DNA of 64,000 nt from a virus. The number at the start of each line of letters is the position of its first letter. Position 1 is the first letter of the stretch. The stretch spans positions 1 through 64,000 of IMG/VR virus record IMGVR_UViG_3300031576_000025; one strand, given 5' to 3'. The notes under the pieces were generated by a model, which did not search any database, was not told the DNA's origin, and worked only from the letters and a program-made list of their open reading frames with translations. The position numbers were made by a program, and so were the translations under genes. Positions 8,997 through 19,039 of the stretch are shown piece after piece.

Positions 8997-9377
8997 GTGG
9001 CTGGCAAGCACACCTGGTCCTTGCACTGGTGGACGGGCGGCGACAGGGCCATGTGCAAGCGGCTTCTGCCGGACGTGCCGAACTTCCCGGTGGCGCTGCA
9101 ACGGGACGATTCCACCTGTTACGATTGCCTGACCGCGAAGCTGCCGAAGCCAGACATTTTCCACTGGCAAATGCGCACCGGCAAGGCCATGTGCGGAATC
9201 AAAATCAACCTGGAAAAGCACCTGATTTCCTTCGACATAGAAACCGTCACGTGCATGAAATGCGTGGCAGGAATCGAACGCTGGCGGGATAAGGGCATTG
9301 CCCGCTGGAAGAAAAAGCGTTGGCTGCGGCAGCGGCACGCGCGGACGGCGCGGGGGCGGTTCGGGGTGCAGGCATGA
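8997..9377 (+). CDS. double zinc-finger protein
   Basis: Two H-x8/9-C...CxxC units. Confidence 0.7.
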   Translation: MAGKHTWSLHWWTGGDRAMCKRLLPDVPNFPVALQRDDSTCYDCLTAKLPKPDIFHWQMRTGKAMCGIKINLEKHLISFDIETVTCMKCVAGIERWRDKGIARWKKKRWLRQRHARTARGRFGVQA

Positions 9378-9727
9378 AACGACGCGCGGCCGTTGGACCC
9401 AAAACCAAAAAATCCGCTCGAACGGCCCCAGGCGCGCATTCGGCCGGGCGCGCGCGGCGCGCGCCGCCGGGCTTGGTGGCGCGCGCCGCGCGGGACCTGC
9501 TGGACGCGGCGGTGGCGCGCGTGGCGGCGGCGGCCGTTGACCGGGCGCTGGCTGGCGGGCCGTTCCATTACGGGGAACCGGGGGGCTTGTCGCTGTGCGG
9601 CAAGCGGCTGGACAACCTGGTGGACCGGCACACCAAGCTGGCGCAAGCCGTGTCCTGCGCCCGGTGCCGGGCCGCCCGGGATTGGGGCGCGGCGGTGGCG
9701 GCGGCTGTGGCCGGGGGGTGGCGGTGA
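9374..9727 (+). CDS. zinc-finger protein
   Basis: HYGEPGGLSLCG...VSCARC. Confidence 0.6.
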   Translation: MKRRAAVGPKTKKSARTAPGAHSAGRARRAPPGLVARAARDLLDAAVARVAAAAVDRALAGGPFHYGEPGGLSLCGKRLDNLVDRHTKLAQAVSCARCRAARDWGAAVAAAVAGGWR

Positions 9728-10179
9728 AGCCAGGCGGCGTGCCGGTCCCGCTTGGCGCGCGCGGCCCGGGGGGCTACCGGCGCGGCGCGGCGCGCGTGAC
9801 CGTGACGCTGCGTGGGGTGGGGCTGCCGTTCCGCGAAGCGGCGCGCCGCGCCCTGGTCATGCGCATTGACGCGGCCACCCGGGAAGCCGTGGCCAAGGTT
9901 CTGGCGGGCTGCCAGTCCCCCCGCCGCAGCATGTCGGACTACGTGCGCGCGCGGCGCGCGCTGAACCATGCCCACTACGCCGGGACCAGGGATTGGTTTT
10001 CGGCGTGCGGCCGGGGGCTGTCGCCGCTTTGGGACAGCGTGACGCCGGACCACGCCGCGGTGGACTGCAAATCATGCCGCCGGACCAAGGCGTGGCGGCA
10101 AGCAGCGCGGCCAGGCCCCGCGGCGGCGCGGCCGGTCGCGCGGCACGCGCGCCACAACTGGGGTGGACCTTGTGCCTGA
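9724..10179 (+). CDS. zinc-finger protein
   Basis: HYAGTRDWFSACG...VDCKSC. Confidence 0.6.
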   Translation: MKPGGVPVPLGARGPGGYRRGAARVTVTLRGVGLPFREAARRALVMRIDAATREAVAKVLAGCQSPRRSMSDYVRARRALNHAHYAGTRDWFSACGRGLSPLWDSVTPDHAAVDCKSCRRTKAWRQAARPGPAAARPVARHARHNWGGPCA

Positions 10180-10831
10180 AAAATTGACCACAGCCGCGCT
10201 GTCTGAAATCATGGCCCGCCGCCTGGCCGTCACCGGCCGCGACACGGGGCTATGGTCCTTCGACCCCGAACGTCTACAGGGGACCACGTGGGTGGACGCG
10301 GTGGTGTGCAAAAGCCAGAACGGCGACCAGTTCAAGGTTGCCGAAATAATGCGCCCGCATGACGGCTATTTTATTGCCCATGCCCATGCGGACATTGTGG
10401 CCCTGCTGGAAGAACTGGCGGCCGTGAAGCTGGAACGCGACGTGGCCAACATGAAAACAGGGATTGCCACCGCCCTGCGCGACCTGTCGGCCCGCAGCGC
10501 GGACGACGCAAAGAACGAATTGGCGGCCGTGCTGCAAGCGATTCAACCGCCGCCCGGGCCGGACGATTACCAGCCGCAGGTCCCGACGGAACCGACGCCA
10601 GCGGCGCTGGCTGTAAAAAACGGGCGCTGCCCGGCCCATGGGGCCAATGCGCACCAGGGCTGCGTGGCCTGCGCCCTGGCGCACGCGCTGCGCGGCGTGC
10701 AGCACCGCCTGCTGGTAGCGGACAAAGCCTGCATGGATTTAGCCGACAAGTGCGCCAGGCTGGAAAGCCAGCTGTCGGAAATACGCGCGCTGCGCGCGGC
10801 GCAGAACGCCGCGCGGCCGGTCGGCGGGTAG
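10163..10831 (+). CDS. Ead/Ea22-like coiled-coil protein
   Basis: DGYFIAHAHADIVALLEELAA motif followed by coiled coil. Confidence 0.6.
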   Translation: MDLVPEKLTTAALSEIMARRLAVTGRDTGLWSFDPERLQGTTWVDAVVCKSQNGDQFKVAEIMRPHDGYFIAHAHADIVALLEELAAVKLERDVANMKTGIATALRDLSARSADDAKNELAAVLQAIQPPPGPDDYQPQVPTEPTPAALAVKNGRCPAHGANAHQGCVACALAHALRGVQHRLLVADKACMDLADKCARLESQLSEIRALRAAQNAARPVGG

Positions 10832-10848
10832 ACGGGACGGGGGGGGAA

Positions 10849-11169
10849 ATGGACGACAGGGTGAAGTTCAAGGTGGGGGACATGGTGTGCTGGACCAGCA
10901 GCAGCGCCGGGACGACGCGCAACAAAACCGGCCGCGTGGTGGCGGTCATGTCCCCAGGGGTGAAACCGCAGCGCAGCAATTTCTATTCCGACCAACGGTA
11001 CAACCACACCGGGTTCGGTCTGCCGCGGGGTAGCTTCAGCTTCCTGGTGGCGGTCCTGCGCCGCGGCGCGCGCGGGCAGTCCTTGAAGCCGACCTTGTAC
11101 TGGCCGCGGGTTTCCGCGCTGCGCGCGGCGGCGGTGGCACCAATGCCGGTTCCCGGGCTGCTGGCATGA
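10849..11169 (+). CDS. hypothetical protein (SH3/KOW-like)
   Basis: FKVGDMVCW...GRVVAV; G-run RBS. Confidence 0.65.
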   Translation: MDDRVKFKVGDMVCWTSSSAGTTRNKTGRVVAVMSPGVKPQRSNFYSDQRYNHTGFGLPRGSFSFLVAVLRRGARGQSLKPTLYWPRVSALRAAAVAPMPVPGLLA

Positions 11170-11372
11170 CCGACAAAAAGCGCGGCTTGGCGCAGGCGTG
11201 CGTCGTAATCGGCGGCTGCGTAGGAATTCTGGCCGTTGGCGTAACGGTGGCCGGGCAGCCGTTGTGGGTGCAGGTGTTCGTCGGCGCGGCGGCGGCGTCC
11301 GCGGGTGTTGTCGGCCTGGCTTGGCTGGCCGATTATACGACGCGGGGACCGCTGCCGGGGACGCGACCTTGA
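11166..11372 (+). CDS. small two-TM protein
   Basis: Two hydrophobic helices; ATGA coupling. Confidence 0.55.
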   Translation: MTDKKRGLAQACVVIGGCVGILAVGVTVAGQPLWVQVFVGAAAASAGVVGLAWLADYTTRGPLPGTRP

Positions 11373-11855
11373 CCTGGTACCTTCTGCTGGCCGCTGCCGG
11401 GCTGGTCATAACAACGGACCCCGGCGAAGCCTGCCGCGCGCTGCGCGCGCCCGGGAAGGAACCGGCGCGCGTGGTGGAAGTCACGGTGACCATGACGACC
11501 TGCGGGTGCCCGGCGTCCGCGCCGTTCTGCACGATTGCCTGCGGCGACAACAGGCCGCAGCTGTCGGCGCGGCTTGTGAAATCGTGCGCTTACGCCGAAG
11601 GCCACGCTGTCACCAGCGTGCCGCAGCCGGTCATATCCTGGGAACCCGGGCGGTGGGTGTTCGACCAATGAAGGCGCTTTCTTCCAACGGCCGCCGCGTG
11701 CGCGTGCTGCATGTCGGCGCGGGTGGCGTGGCGCGCGCGGCCGGGCTGCTGGCCGCGGCCGGGGCCGCCGCGGCGCTGGGCTACAGCGGCACGGCCGCGC
11801 GCGCCGCGGGCGCGGCGTTCATGGCGGCGCGCCTTTGGCTGGCCGGTGGCTGGGC

Positions 11856-12308
11856 ATGACCACGCACCTGGTAGCCCTGGCGACTAAGCCGCTGCTGGTC
11901 GGTGAATTCAACCCCTACGGCACGGGCCCGGATTTCGCGCTGTACCCGGCACCGTCCGGGTGCGCGGGCTGGCGGCTGTGCTGCAAAATCTTGGACATCG
12001 CCCCGTCCGACTACCTTGCCCGCTTCGACCGCGCCAACCTATGCGTCGGGCGCTGGTCCATACGCGAAGCGCGCCTGGAAGCCGCGCGCCTGCTGACGAC
12101 CGGCACGGGCCCGGTGGTGGTGCTTGGGGCGAAGGTGTCCGCGGCGTTCGGCCTCGCGTTTGAACCCTACGCCAACACCACCCTGGGCGACCCGGTGCGC
12201 GCCGCCGTAATCCTGCCGCACCCGTCCGGCCTTTGCCGCCTTTGGTGGGAACCCGGCGCGTACGAACGCGCGCGGCGCGCGCTGAACATTGCCAGGGTGA
12301 ACCTGTGA
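11856..12308 (+). CDS. uracil-DNA glycosylase superfamily protein
   Basis: LLVGEFNP, SGCAGWRL, VVVLGAKV and ILPHPSG motifs. Confidence 0.75.
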   Translation: MTTHLVALATKPLLVGEFNPYGTGPDFALYPAPSGCAGWRLCCKILDIAPSDYLARFDRANLCVGRWSIREARLEAARLLTTGTGPVVVLGAKVSAAFGLAFEPYANTTLGDPVRAAVILPHPSGLCRLWWEPGAYERARRALNIARVNL

Positions 12309-13789
12309 CCAACGCCACCACCAGCAAGGACCGGCCGCACGCGGCGCGGCTTGCCGCGGCGTACTACCTGGGCAAGCACACGCTGGGGTACGACCGCTTC
12401 ACGGAACTTCACGCGGGCTGGCTGGACCTTCTGCTGCGCCATAAAAAAATCGTGCTGGTAGCGCCGCCCGGCCATTACAAATCCACGGTGGCGACAATCA
12501 CCTATCCGCTGTTCAGGTTGACGGAGGACAGGAACCTGCGGATTATGATTATCAACGAAGTCCTCGAAAACGCCAAGGCGTTCCTTTCGGAAATCAAGGG
12601 GCACCTGCGGGACAATGAAGAATTCCGTGCGGCGCACGGGACCTGGCACATGGACGCGGACGCCTGGACCGCGGACAAGATTCAGCTGCGCCGCGACGTA
12701 ATCCGAAAGGAACCGACGGTGGCCGCGGTCGGCGTGCTGGGCACGCTGGTGTCCCAGCACCCCAACCTGATAATCGTTGACGACCCGTGCAGTGGGCGCA
12801 ACACGCAGACCCACAGCCAGCGGGAAAAAGTCTGGCAATGGTGGCGGCGCGACCTAATGCCCCGCCTTGACGCCAACGACCCTGAAGCGCAAATAATCGT
12901 CGTGTCCACCCGCTGGCACCGCGACGATTTGGTGGGCCGGATAAAAGCCGACGAAGGGTACAAGGATTGGAAGATTGTTGAACTGGCCGCCGAATGGAAG
13001 GACAAGGCTGGAAAGCAGCAAATCCTTTTCCCCGAAAAATTCACGCCCAAGACGCTGACCGACCTGCGCGGGACGTTGGGCACGGCGAACTACCATTGCA
13101 TTTACGGCAGCAGCCCGGAATCGGTTTCCGGCACAGACTTCAAGCCCGCGTGGCTGGAACAGGGCCGGTATGATAAACTTCCCCCGGACTTGACCGTGTT
13201 TGCTGGCGTTGACTTGGCCATCGGCAAGACGCAGCGAAACGCGGCCTTCGCCTGGTGCGTGCTGGGCGTGGACATGAAGCGCGGGGACGGGTACGTGATA
13301 GAAGCGTACCGGGACAGGCTGCCGTTTGCGGAACAGCTGAAGGCGGTCAAGCGGCTGAACCGGCTGCACCACCCGCGGTGTATTATAATCGAGTCCAACG
13401 CCTATCAGGCGGTGTTCACGGAGGTTTTACGGACGGACAAGGAATCGCGGCTGCTGCCGTTCAAGCCGTACAACACGGTGGGCGACAAGCACGCCCGGCT
13501 GCGCGGGCTGGCACCGCTGTATGAAGCGGGCGCGCTGCGGCACCCGCGGACGAACGCCGATTGGCTGGACAACCTCGAGCAGGAAATGTTGGGGTTCCCT
13601 GACGGGACGCTGGACATGATGGACGCGGAATGGCTGGCGTTGCAGGGCGTGGAATTGCAGCGCAACGAACCGCGCATAGGCCATGCCGACGACACCGACG
13701 ACATGGACAAAGACGACGACGGGGAAGGCGCAGGGCGCGGGCAGGCCGACAGGCACACGGCCGGGCACGGCGCTGGTGCGGGGGTATAA
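12305..13789 (+). CDS. terL: terminase large subunit
   Basis: APPGHYKST (Walker A-like), LIIVDDP (Walker B), STRWHRDDL, nuclease GVDLA...IESNAYQ...DMMDA. Confidence 0.93.
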   Translation: MTNATTSKDRPHAARLAAAYYLGKHTLGYDRFTELHAGWLDLLLRHKKIVLVAPPGHYKSTVATITYPLFRLTEDRNLRIMIINEVLENAKAFLSEIKGHLRDNEEFRAAHGTWHMDADAWTADKIQLRRDVIRKEPTVAAVGVLGTLVSQHPNLIIVDDPCSGRNTQTHSQREKVWQWWRRDLMPRLDANDPEAQIIVVSTRWHRDDLVGRIKADEGYKDWKIVELAAEWKDKAGKQQILFPEKFTPKTLTDLRGTLGTANYHCIYGSSPESVSGTDFKPAWLEQGRYDKLPPDLTVFAGVDLAIGKTQRNAAFAWCVLGVDMKRGDGYVIEAYRDRLPFAEQLKAVKRLNRLHHPRCIIIESNAYQAVFTEVLRTDKESRLLPFKPYNTVGDKHARLRGLAPLYEAGALRHPRTNADWLDNLEQEMLGFPDGTLDMMDAEWLALQGVELQRNEPRIGHADDTDDMDKDDDGEGAGRGQADRHTAGHGAGAGV

Positions 13790-13790
13790 C

Positions 13791-16058
13791 ATGGGCTTGC
13801 GCATGACGATTTCAAAGGCGCTTGACCGGCTGCTGCCGGGCGCGCCTGCCGCGCCGGACATTGCGCTGGCCGCCGAAGCGCCTGCCCGCGCCCGCACCTT
13901 CCACGCCACGACCGACGGCGGCCAGGACCACGCCGCGGCGCTGGCGGTTCTGGAACCGCTGCGCGCCGAACTGGTGAAGCAGGGCAAGGGCCAGCAGACT
14001 TTGGCGGCCACCAGCATGGGCATGAACCTGGGCGTGGAACCGGACATGCCTTTCAAGGTGCTGGACGAAATGCACGAGCAGTCCAGCTGGGTGCGCGCCG
14101 TGGTCAGCGTCATTGTCCGCGCGGTCACCGCCAAGGGCTGGACGCTGCGCCCGCTGACCACGGACGCTTCGCCGGAAAACGAAAAGGTGCTGCGCGCGTT
14201 CTTCAACAACCCCAACCCGCAGGCCACGCTGGTGGAACTACTGGACGACGTGACGCGCGATTGCCACGTGTACGCGAACGCCTTTTGGGAACTGGTGCGC
14301 GGGACGGACGGAAAGCCGCGCGAACTGTGGACGCTGGACGCCACGACCATGCGCGTGCGCATTGACAGCCACGGCCTGGTGACGGGCTACGTGCAGGTGC
14401 CCGGCCTGTCCACGCAATCTGGCGCTGGCGTAACCGTGGAGTTCGTGCCCAATGAAGTCATCCACGTGGCCCTTGGCACCAAGGGGTCAAGCGTCTACGG
14501 CCACCCGCAGCTGGCGTCCTTGGTCCTGCCTATCACCGTGGACAAGTTGGCCCAGGTCTACAACCGGGCCTTTTTCAACAACGGCGCGAAAATCCGGGTG
14601 GCGTACGTGATGAAGGATGCGACACCGGAACAGGTGGAGCGGAACCGGGATTACCTGCGCGCGCGCGCCAAGAACCTGGACATGGCCCAGGCCGACCTGG
14701 TGCTGGAAGGCCAGGTGGAAGTCAAGCTGGTGGGGACCACGCAGAAGGACATGGAATTTCTGGAACTGCGCGTGTTCACGCGGGACGAAGTTCTGGCCGT
14801 CTACGGCGTCCCCCCCTCCATGGTTTCCATCATCGAAACCGGCAACATCGGTTCCGGCACCGGCGACACACAGCGGCAGAACTTCTACGAGGAACTGGTG
14901 GGGCCGTTCCAGCGGCGAGTGGCGGAACGCTTGACGAAGGCCGTCATACGCGAAGGCTTCGGATTCCACGACTGGGCCTTTGAATTCAACGCCCGTACCA
15001 TAGACGAAAAAGCCCAAGCCGAAATCTTCGGCCTGTATATCAGCAGCGGCGTGCTGCGCGCGGAAGAAGTCAGGCCGCTGGTTCTGGCCAGCCTGCCGCA
15101 GCTGCGCAAGGCCATGGGCATTGGCGAATCGCACGGCGAAATCACCAAAGCGTCTATCCCCCCCGCCAAAACCCTGGCCAACGCCACGCGCGCGGTGGTG
15201 CGGACAGAGGACAGCTACGCGAAGGCGCTGCGCAAGCTGTTCAAGGACTGGACCGAAGGGATTGCCACGAGCCTGCCGAAGCTGAAGGCGGACGAACTGC
15301 GCGGCAAGCTGGCCGGGCTGGACGTTTCTTTCCTTCAGGCGCGCACCCCAGTAGAAATGCTGGCCGCCGGGCGGTCGCGGCTGGTGGCCAGGCCGCGGGT
15401 GGTGACGGCCAGCGTGCAGAAGGCGCTGCCCGAATTGGAAGTAATCGTGGAAAGCGTGGACGGTGACGCGCTGCGGGAAACCCTGCTGCGGTTCAACATG
15501 AAGCTGGCCGCGCTGGGGGCCAAGCACGGCGCGCAGCGCGCGGGCGACCCGGAAGCCGCGGCGGTGTCCACGGAACTTGAGGACTTCCTGAAGGCGACCA
15601 GCACGACCGTGGCCGCCAATATCGCGGGCAGCCTGCGCGCCGACCTGCGCGCCGAACTGGTGGAAGGCATCAGCAACAACGAAACCATGGCCCAGCTGCG
15701 CGACCGTCTGGCCGCCCGCCTGGACAAGTTCTTGTCCGTGAAGGTGTCCGGCGCGGTGCGCGCGGACGGCACGCCGCACCAGTCGGCCTACACCAAGCTG
15801 CTGACCGCAGACGACGTTGCCGAATCTATCGCCCGCACCGAAGCGAACCGCGCCTACAACCTGGGCCAGCTGGACGCGCTGGAAGGGGCCGGGGTGGTGG
15901 AAGTCCAATTCCTGCTGGCGTCGGACGCCTGCGAAATCTGCCGGGAAGTTTCGGAAACGCTGCCTGGGGAAAAGCTGGGCAAGACGTTCACGCTGGAGGA
16001 GGCGCGGGAAATCGTGCCGGTCCACACGCGCTGCCGCTGCACCTGGGTTGTTGGGTAG
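13791..16058 (+). CDS. portal protein fused to MuF-like minor head protein
   Basis: HK97/PBSX-type portal motifs (ANAFWELVR, YGHPQL, FFNNGA, LAVYGVPP); C-terminal IARTEANRAYN...CEIC...PVHTRCRC. Confidence 0.9.
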   Translation: MGLRMTISKALDRLLPGAPAAPDIALAAEAPARARTFHATTDGGQDHAAALAVLEPLRAELVKQGKGQQTLAATSMGMNLGVEPDMPFKVLDEMHEQSSWVRAVVSVIVRAVTAKGWTLRPLTTDASPENEKVLRAFFNNPNPQATLVELLDDVTRDCHVYANAFWELVRGTDGKPRELWTLDATTMRVRIDSHGLVTGYVQVPGLSTQSGAGVTVEFVPNEVIHVALGTKGSSVYGHPQLASLVLPITVDKLAQVYNRAFFNNGAKIRVAYVMKDATPEQVERNRDYLRARAKNLDMAQADLVLEGQVEVKLVGTTQKDMEFLELRVFTRDEVLAVYGVPPSMVSIIETGNIGSGTGDTQRQNFYEELVGPFQRRVAERLTKAVIREGFGFHDWAFEFNARTIDEKAQAEIFGLYISSGVLRAEEVRPLVLASLPQLRKAMGIGESHGEITKASIPPAKTLANATRAVVRTEDSYAKALRKLFKDWTEGIATSLPKLKADELRGKLAGLDVSFLQARTPVEMLAAGRSRLVARPRVVTASVQKALPELEVIVESVDGDALRETLLRFNMKLAALGAKHGAQRAGDPEAAAVSTELEDFLKATSTTVAANIAGSLRADLRAELVEGISNNETMAQLRDRLAARLDKFLSVKVSGAVRADGTPHQSAYTKLLTADDVAESIARTEANRAYNLGQLDALEGAGVVEVQFLLASDACEICREVSETLPGEKLGKTFTLEEAREIVPVHTRCRCTWVVG

Positions 16059-17756
16059 GTGGCGGCCATGGGGAACGCCGCCGACCTGCTGAAGTTCGAC
16101 CTGGCCGAACTGGGGGACCTGTTCCGCAGGAAGCCAGACGACCTGCCGGACCAAGACCTGCTGGCCATGGACTTCATGCTACACCGCGCGTGGTCTATCA
16201 AACGCGACGGCGGGAACGTCCACCTGGGGGAAAAATCCTGGTCCTTCGAGGACATGCTGGACCTGCACGCTTTGGTCAAGCAGACCATGGCGGCGCGCGG
16301 TTTCAAGCACGTGACGAAGGACGAATTGGACACGGCGACCGACCGGCTGCTGGCCGAACAGGCCGCCGCGGCTGCTGCCGCGCCCGCGGCGAAGGCCGCC
16401 GACCAGGCCGCGCCGCCGACCGCGGAAGCGCAGCTGGTGGGGATTGTCCTGGCGCGCCGCGGCGCGGCCGGGGCCTGGTCCTACACCTACGGCCTGGATT
16501 TCCAAAGCCAGCGCGTCCCCGGCAACGCTATCCGTTCCCACGCCTGCCGAATGTACTACGCGGTGGGGGACACGCCGCCGGACGCAACGGAGCTGGAAAT
16601 AGGGGACATGGTGGCCGTCGGATACGCCACCCTGGACATGGCCCGCGCCAGCGGCGGCGTGGTGGCCCTGTCGGTCGGCGGGGCCCGCGTTGCGGGCGGC
16701 AACGGCCGCCCGCGGCCCATGTCCATTGGCGAAGCGGTGAAGGCGGCGCGCAAGGCCGGGGCCTACCTGCCGGATAACCCCGGGCACGTCCCCATGCCGC
16801 CAGCCTCGGCAGACGACGGCGCGCCGGTGTCGAAAGCGGCCACCCCGGCCGCGGCGTTCGCGGACAACCCGCCAGAAGGCGGGCGGTACAAGTACGTCCT
16901 GCAAAGCCACTGGCGCGGCAAGACGGTCCACCACGACCTGCGCCTGCAAACGCGGGAAGCCGGGGCGCTGGTCGGGTGGACGCTGGCCAGCGAAATCCCG
17001 GGCGTCGTGAAGGACCCGGTGGAAACGCTGGCTGCCGCCGCGGAATGGTCAAGGCGCGGGGACGCCTACAAGCTGGACCTGGCGGCCGGGTCCTTCAAGG
17101 ACCGCCGAAACGCGGCAGGCAACGTCGTGCCAGCCCAGCTGCGCGCCTTCCCCAAAGCCGTGCAGCCAGCGGCCTGGCTGGGGGTGGAGGGCGTCACGGG
17201 GCCGTGGCCAGCGCCGGGGTCCACGCAGCAGTTCCGCGGCGTGTTCCGTATTGACGACGCAGGGGCCGTCGAATACGGCGCGCAGAAAGACGACTCGCAC
17301 GAATACTTCCTGCACGGAAAAATGCGCGGGCGCATTGTCTTTCACCGCTTGAACAGGTCCGCGCTGAAGGCAGCCGTTGACGGCGGCCAACTGGTCCCGC
17401 CGCTGGGTGCTGACGACACCTATGCCTGCATGGGCGACCTGGAAAAGCTGCTGCCGCCAAGCGAAGGCGACGAAGGCGGGGACGCTGGAACGGCGATTTG
17501 GACGGCGATAAAGCCGGTTGACCAGCGGCCAGTGGTGCTGTCGGACGGGGCGGTGAAGAAGCGGTGGGTCCCGCCAGCTGGTGTGTCCGCGTTGCCAGCT
17601 TCGGTGCGTGACCGCGTGCCTGGTGGGCTGCGGTATTGGTCCGAAACAGACGCCGCGGAAAGGCTGGCGGTGCGCGACGAATTGGTGGCCGCGCTGGCGG
17701 ACGGAAATGTGAAGCTGGACTTTGCCGCGTTGGTCGGCCCGACGACAGAAAAATAA
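16059..17756 (+). CDS. head-module protein with LigD 3'-phosphoesterase-like domain
   Basis: YVLQSHWRGKTVHHDLRL...GWTL...FLHGKMRGRIVF matches the LigD PE layout. Confidence 0.75.
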   Translation: MAAMGNAADLLKFDLAELGDLFRRKPDDLPDQDLLAMDFMLHRAWSIKRDGGNVHLGEKSWSFEDMLDLHALVKQTMAARGFKHVTKDELDTATDRLLAEQAAAAAAAPAAKAADQAAPPTAEAQLVGIVLARRGAAGAWSYTYGLDFQSQRVPGNAIRSHACRMYYAVGDTPPDATELEIGDMVAVGYATLDMARASGGVVALSVGGARVAGGNGRPRPMSIGEAVKAARKAGAYLPDNPGHVPMPPASADDGAPVSKAATPAAAFADNPPEGGRYKYVLQSHWRGKTVHHDLRLQTREAGALVGWTLASEIPGVVKDPVETLAAAAEWSRRGDAYKLDLAAGSFKDRRNAAGNVVPAQLRAFPKAVQPAAWLGVEGVTGPWPAPGSTQQFRGVFRIDDAGAVEYGAQKDDSHEYFLHGKMRGRIVFHRLNRSALKAAVDGGQLVPPLGADDTYACMGDLEKLLPPSEGDEGGDAGTAIWTAIKPVDQRPVVLSDGAVKKRWVPPAGVSALPASVRDRVPGGLRYWSETDAAERLAVRDELVAALADGNVKLDFAALVGPTTEK

Positions 17757-17809
17757 CACTTCAAATAGTCTATAGACATTGCGGAAGAAATGTGGTCAAA
17801 ATATCCGCG

Positions 17810-19039
17810 ATGAAAGCCGCGACCCTGTTAAGCAAGCAAGTTGCGTTCACCTTCCCGGTGGACATTCTGAAGCAGGACACAACCCCGGACGGCGAATTTC
17901 ACATCGTAGGGTACGCGGCCACCGTTGACTTCGACAACCAAGGCGACGTAATCACGGCCGAAGCCCTGCGTGACGCGCAGGGCGACCTGCTGAAGAACAG
18001 CACCGTCCTTCTGAACCACGACATGACCCGGCCTATCGGCCGCGTGGTGTCCGTCAAGTTCGACAAGCGCGGCCTGCTGGTTGACGTTCTCATCAGCAAG
18101 ACCGAGCCGGACACCATCCAGAAAATCAAAGAAGGCGTCCTAAACAAGTTCAGCATCCGCGGCATGGTTCTGGAACGGGAACGGTCATACGACAAGGAAA
18201 AGGACCTGACCGTGAATTACATCAAGCGCGTTTCCCTCGTCGAAGTTTCCCTGGTGTCCGTCCCGGCCAACCCCGAAGCCAAGGCCATGGGGTGGTACAT
18301 AAAGAAGGCCCTGGAAGAGCAGGGCAAGCAAGAGGAGCAAACCATGGACCCTATCAACCCCACCGCCGCCCCTTCGCCCGCCGTCGCCACAGTCACCCCG
18401 GCCGCCGCCGCGCCCGTCCCCACCGTCAAGAACGACACCCCGGCCGCGCCCGCCGCGGCACCGGCCGCCGCGCCCGCCGCCGCCACGACCCCGGCCCCGC
18501 TGTCCAAGGACATGCACGGCCACATGCAGGCGGCGCTGGACGCGCTGGCCGCGATTTCCGTGAAGGGGGACGCCGACATCAAGGCCCTTGCCGCCGTCGC
18601 CATGGACAACATCATGGCCGCCCAGGCCGCCATGGACAAGTCCCACAGCGCCGCGCCGCCCGCCGCCGCCCCTGCCGCGCCGGTGGTGGCGAAGGCCGCC
18701 GAACCGGCCCCTGCCGTCCCGCCAGCCGCCGCGCCCCAGGCGGTCCCAGCCCCGGCCCCCGCGCCCGCCGCGCCGGTCCCGGCCGCGGAAGCGCCGCTGT
18801 CCAAGTCGGACGTGCAGAAGTTGGTGGACGCCGCCGTGTCCGCCGCGACCGCCCAGCTGGAAGCCCGCATCCCCACCCTTCGCAAGGGCGTCGTGCCCGG
18901 TGCCCCCGCGGCCGACCCGGCGGCCGCCGTTCCGCCCGCGGCCGGGTCGGACGTTTTGAAGGCGTACGAGAAGCTGCCGCCGGGCGAGAAGCTGCGCACG
19001 CTCATCGCCCTACAGCATTTGCAGGACGGCGTGGCCTAG
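17810..19039 (+). CDS. HK97-family prohead protease with C-terminal scaffold
   Basis: IVGYAAT, LLNHD, FSIRG, EVSLVSVPANP; Ala/Pro-rich tail; internal GAGGAG RBS and ATG at 18344. Confidence 0.92.
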   Translation: MKAATLLSKQVAFTFPVDILKQDTTPDGEFHIVGYAATVDFDNQGDVITAEALRDAQGDLLKNSTVLLNHDMTRPIGRVVSVKFDKRGLLVDVLISKTEPDTIQKIKEGVLNKFSIRGMVLERERSYDKEKDLTVNYIKRVSLVEVSLVSVPANPEAKAMGWYIKKALEEQGKQEEQTMDPINPTAAPSPAVATVTPAAAAPVPTVKNDTPAAPAAAPAAAPAAATTPAPLSKDMHGHMQAALDALAAISVKGDADIKALAAVAMDNIMAAQAAMDKSHSAAPPAAAPAAPVVAKAAEPAPAVPPAAAPQAVPAPAPAPAAPVPAAEAPLSKSDVQKLVDAAVSAATAQLEARIPTLRKGVVPGAPAADPAAAVPPAAGSDVLKAYEKLPPGEKLRTLIALQHLQDGVA

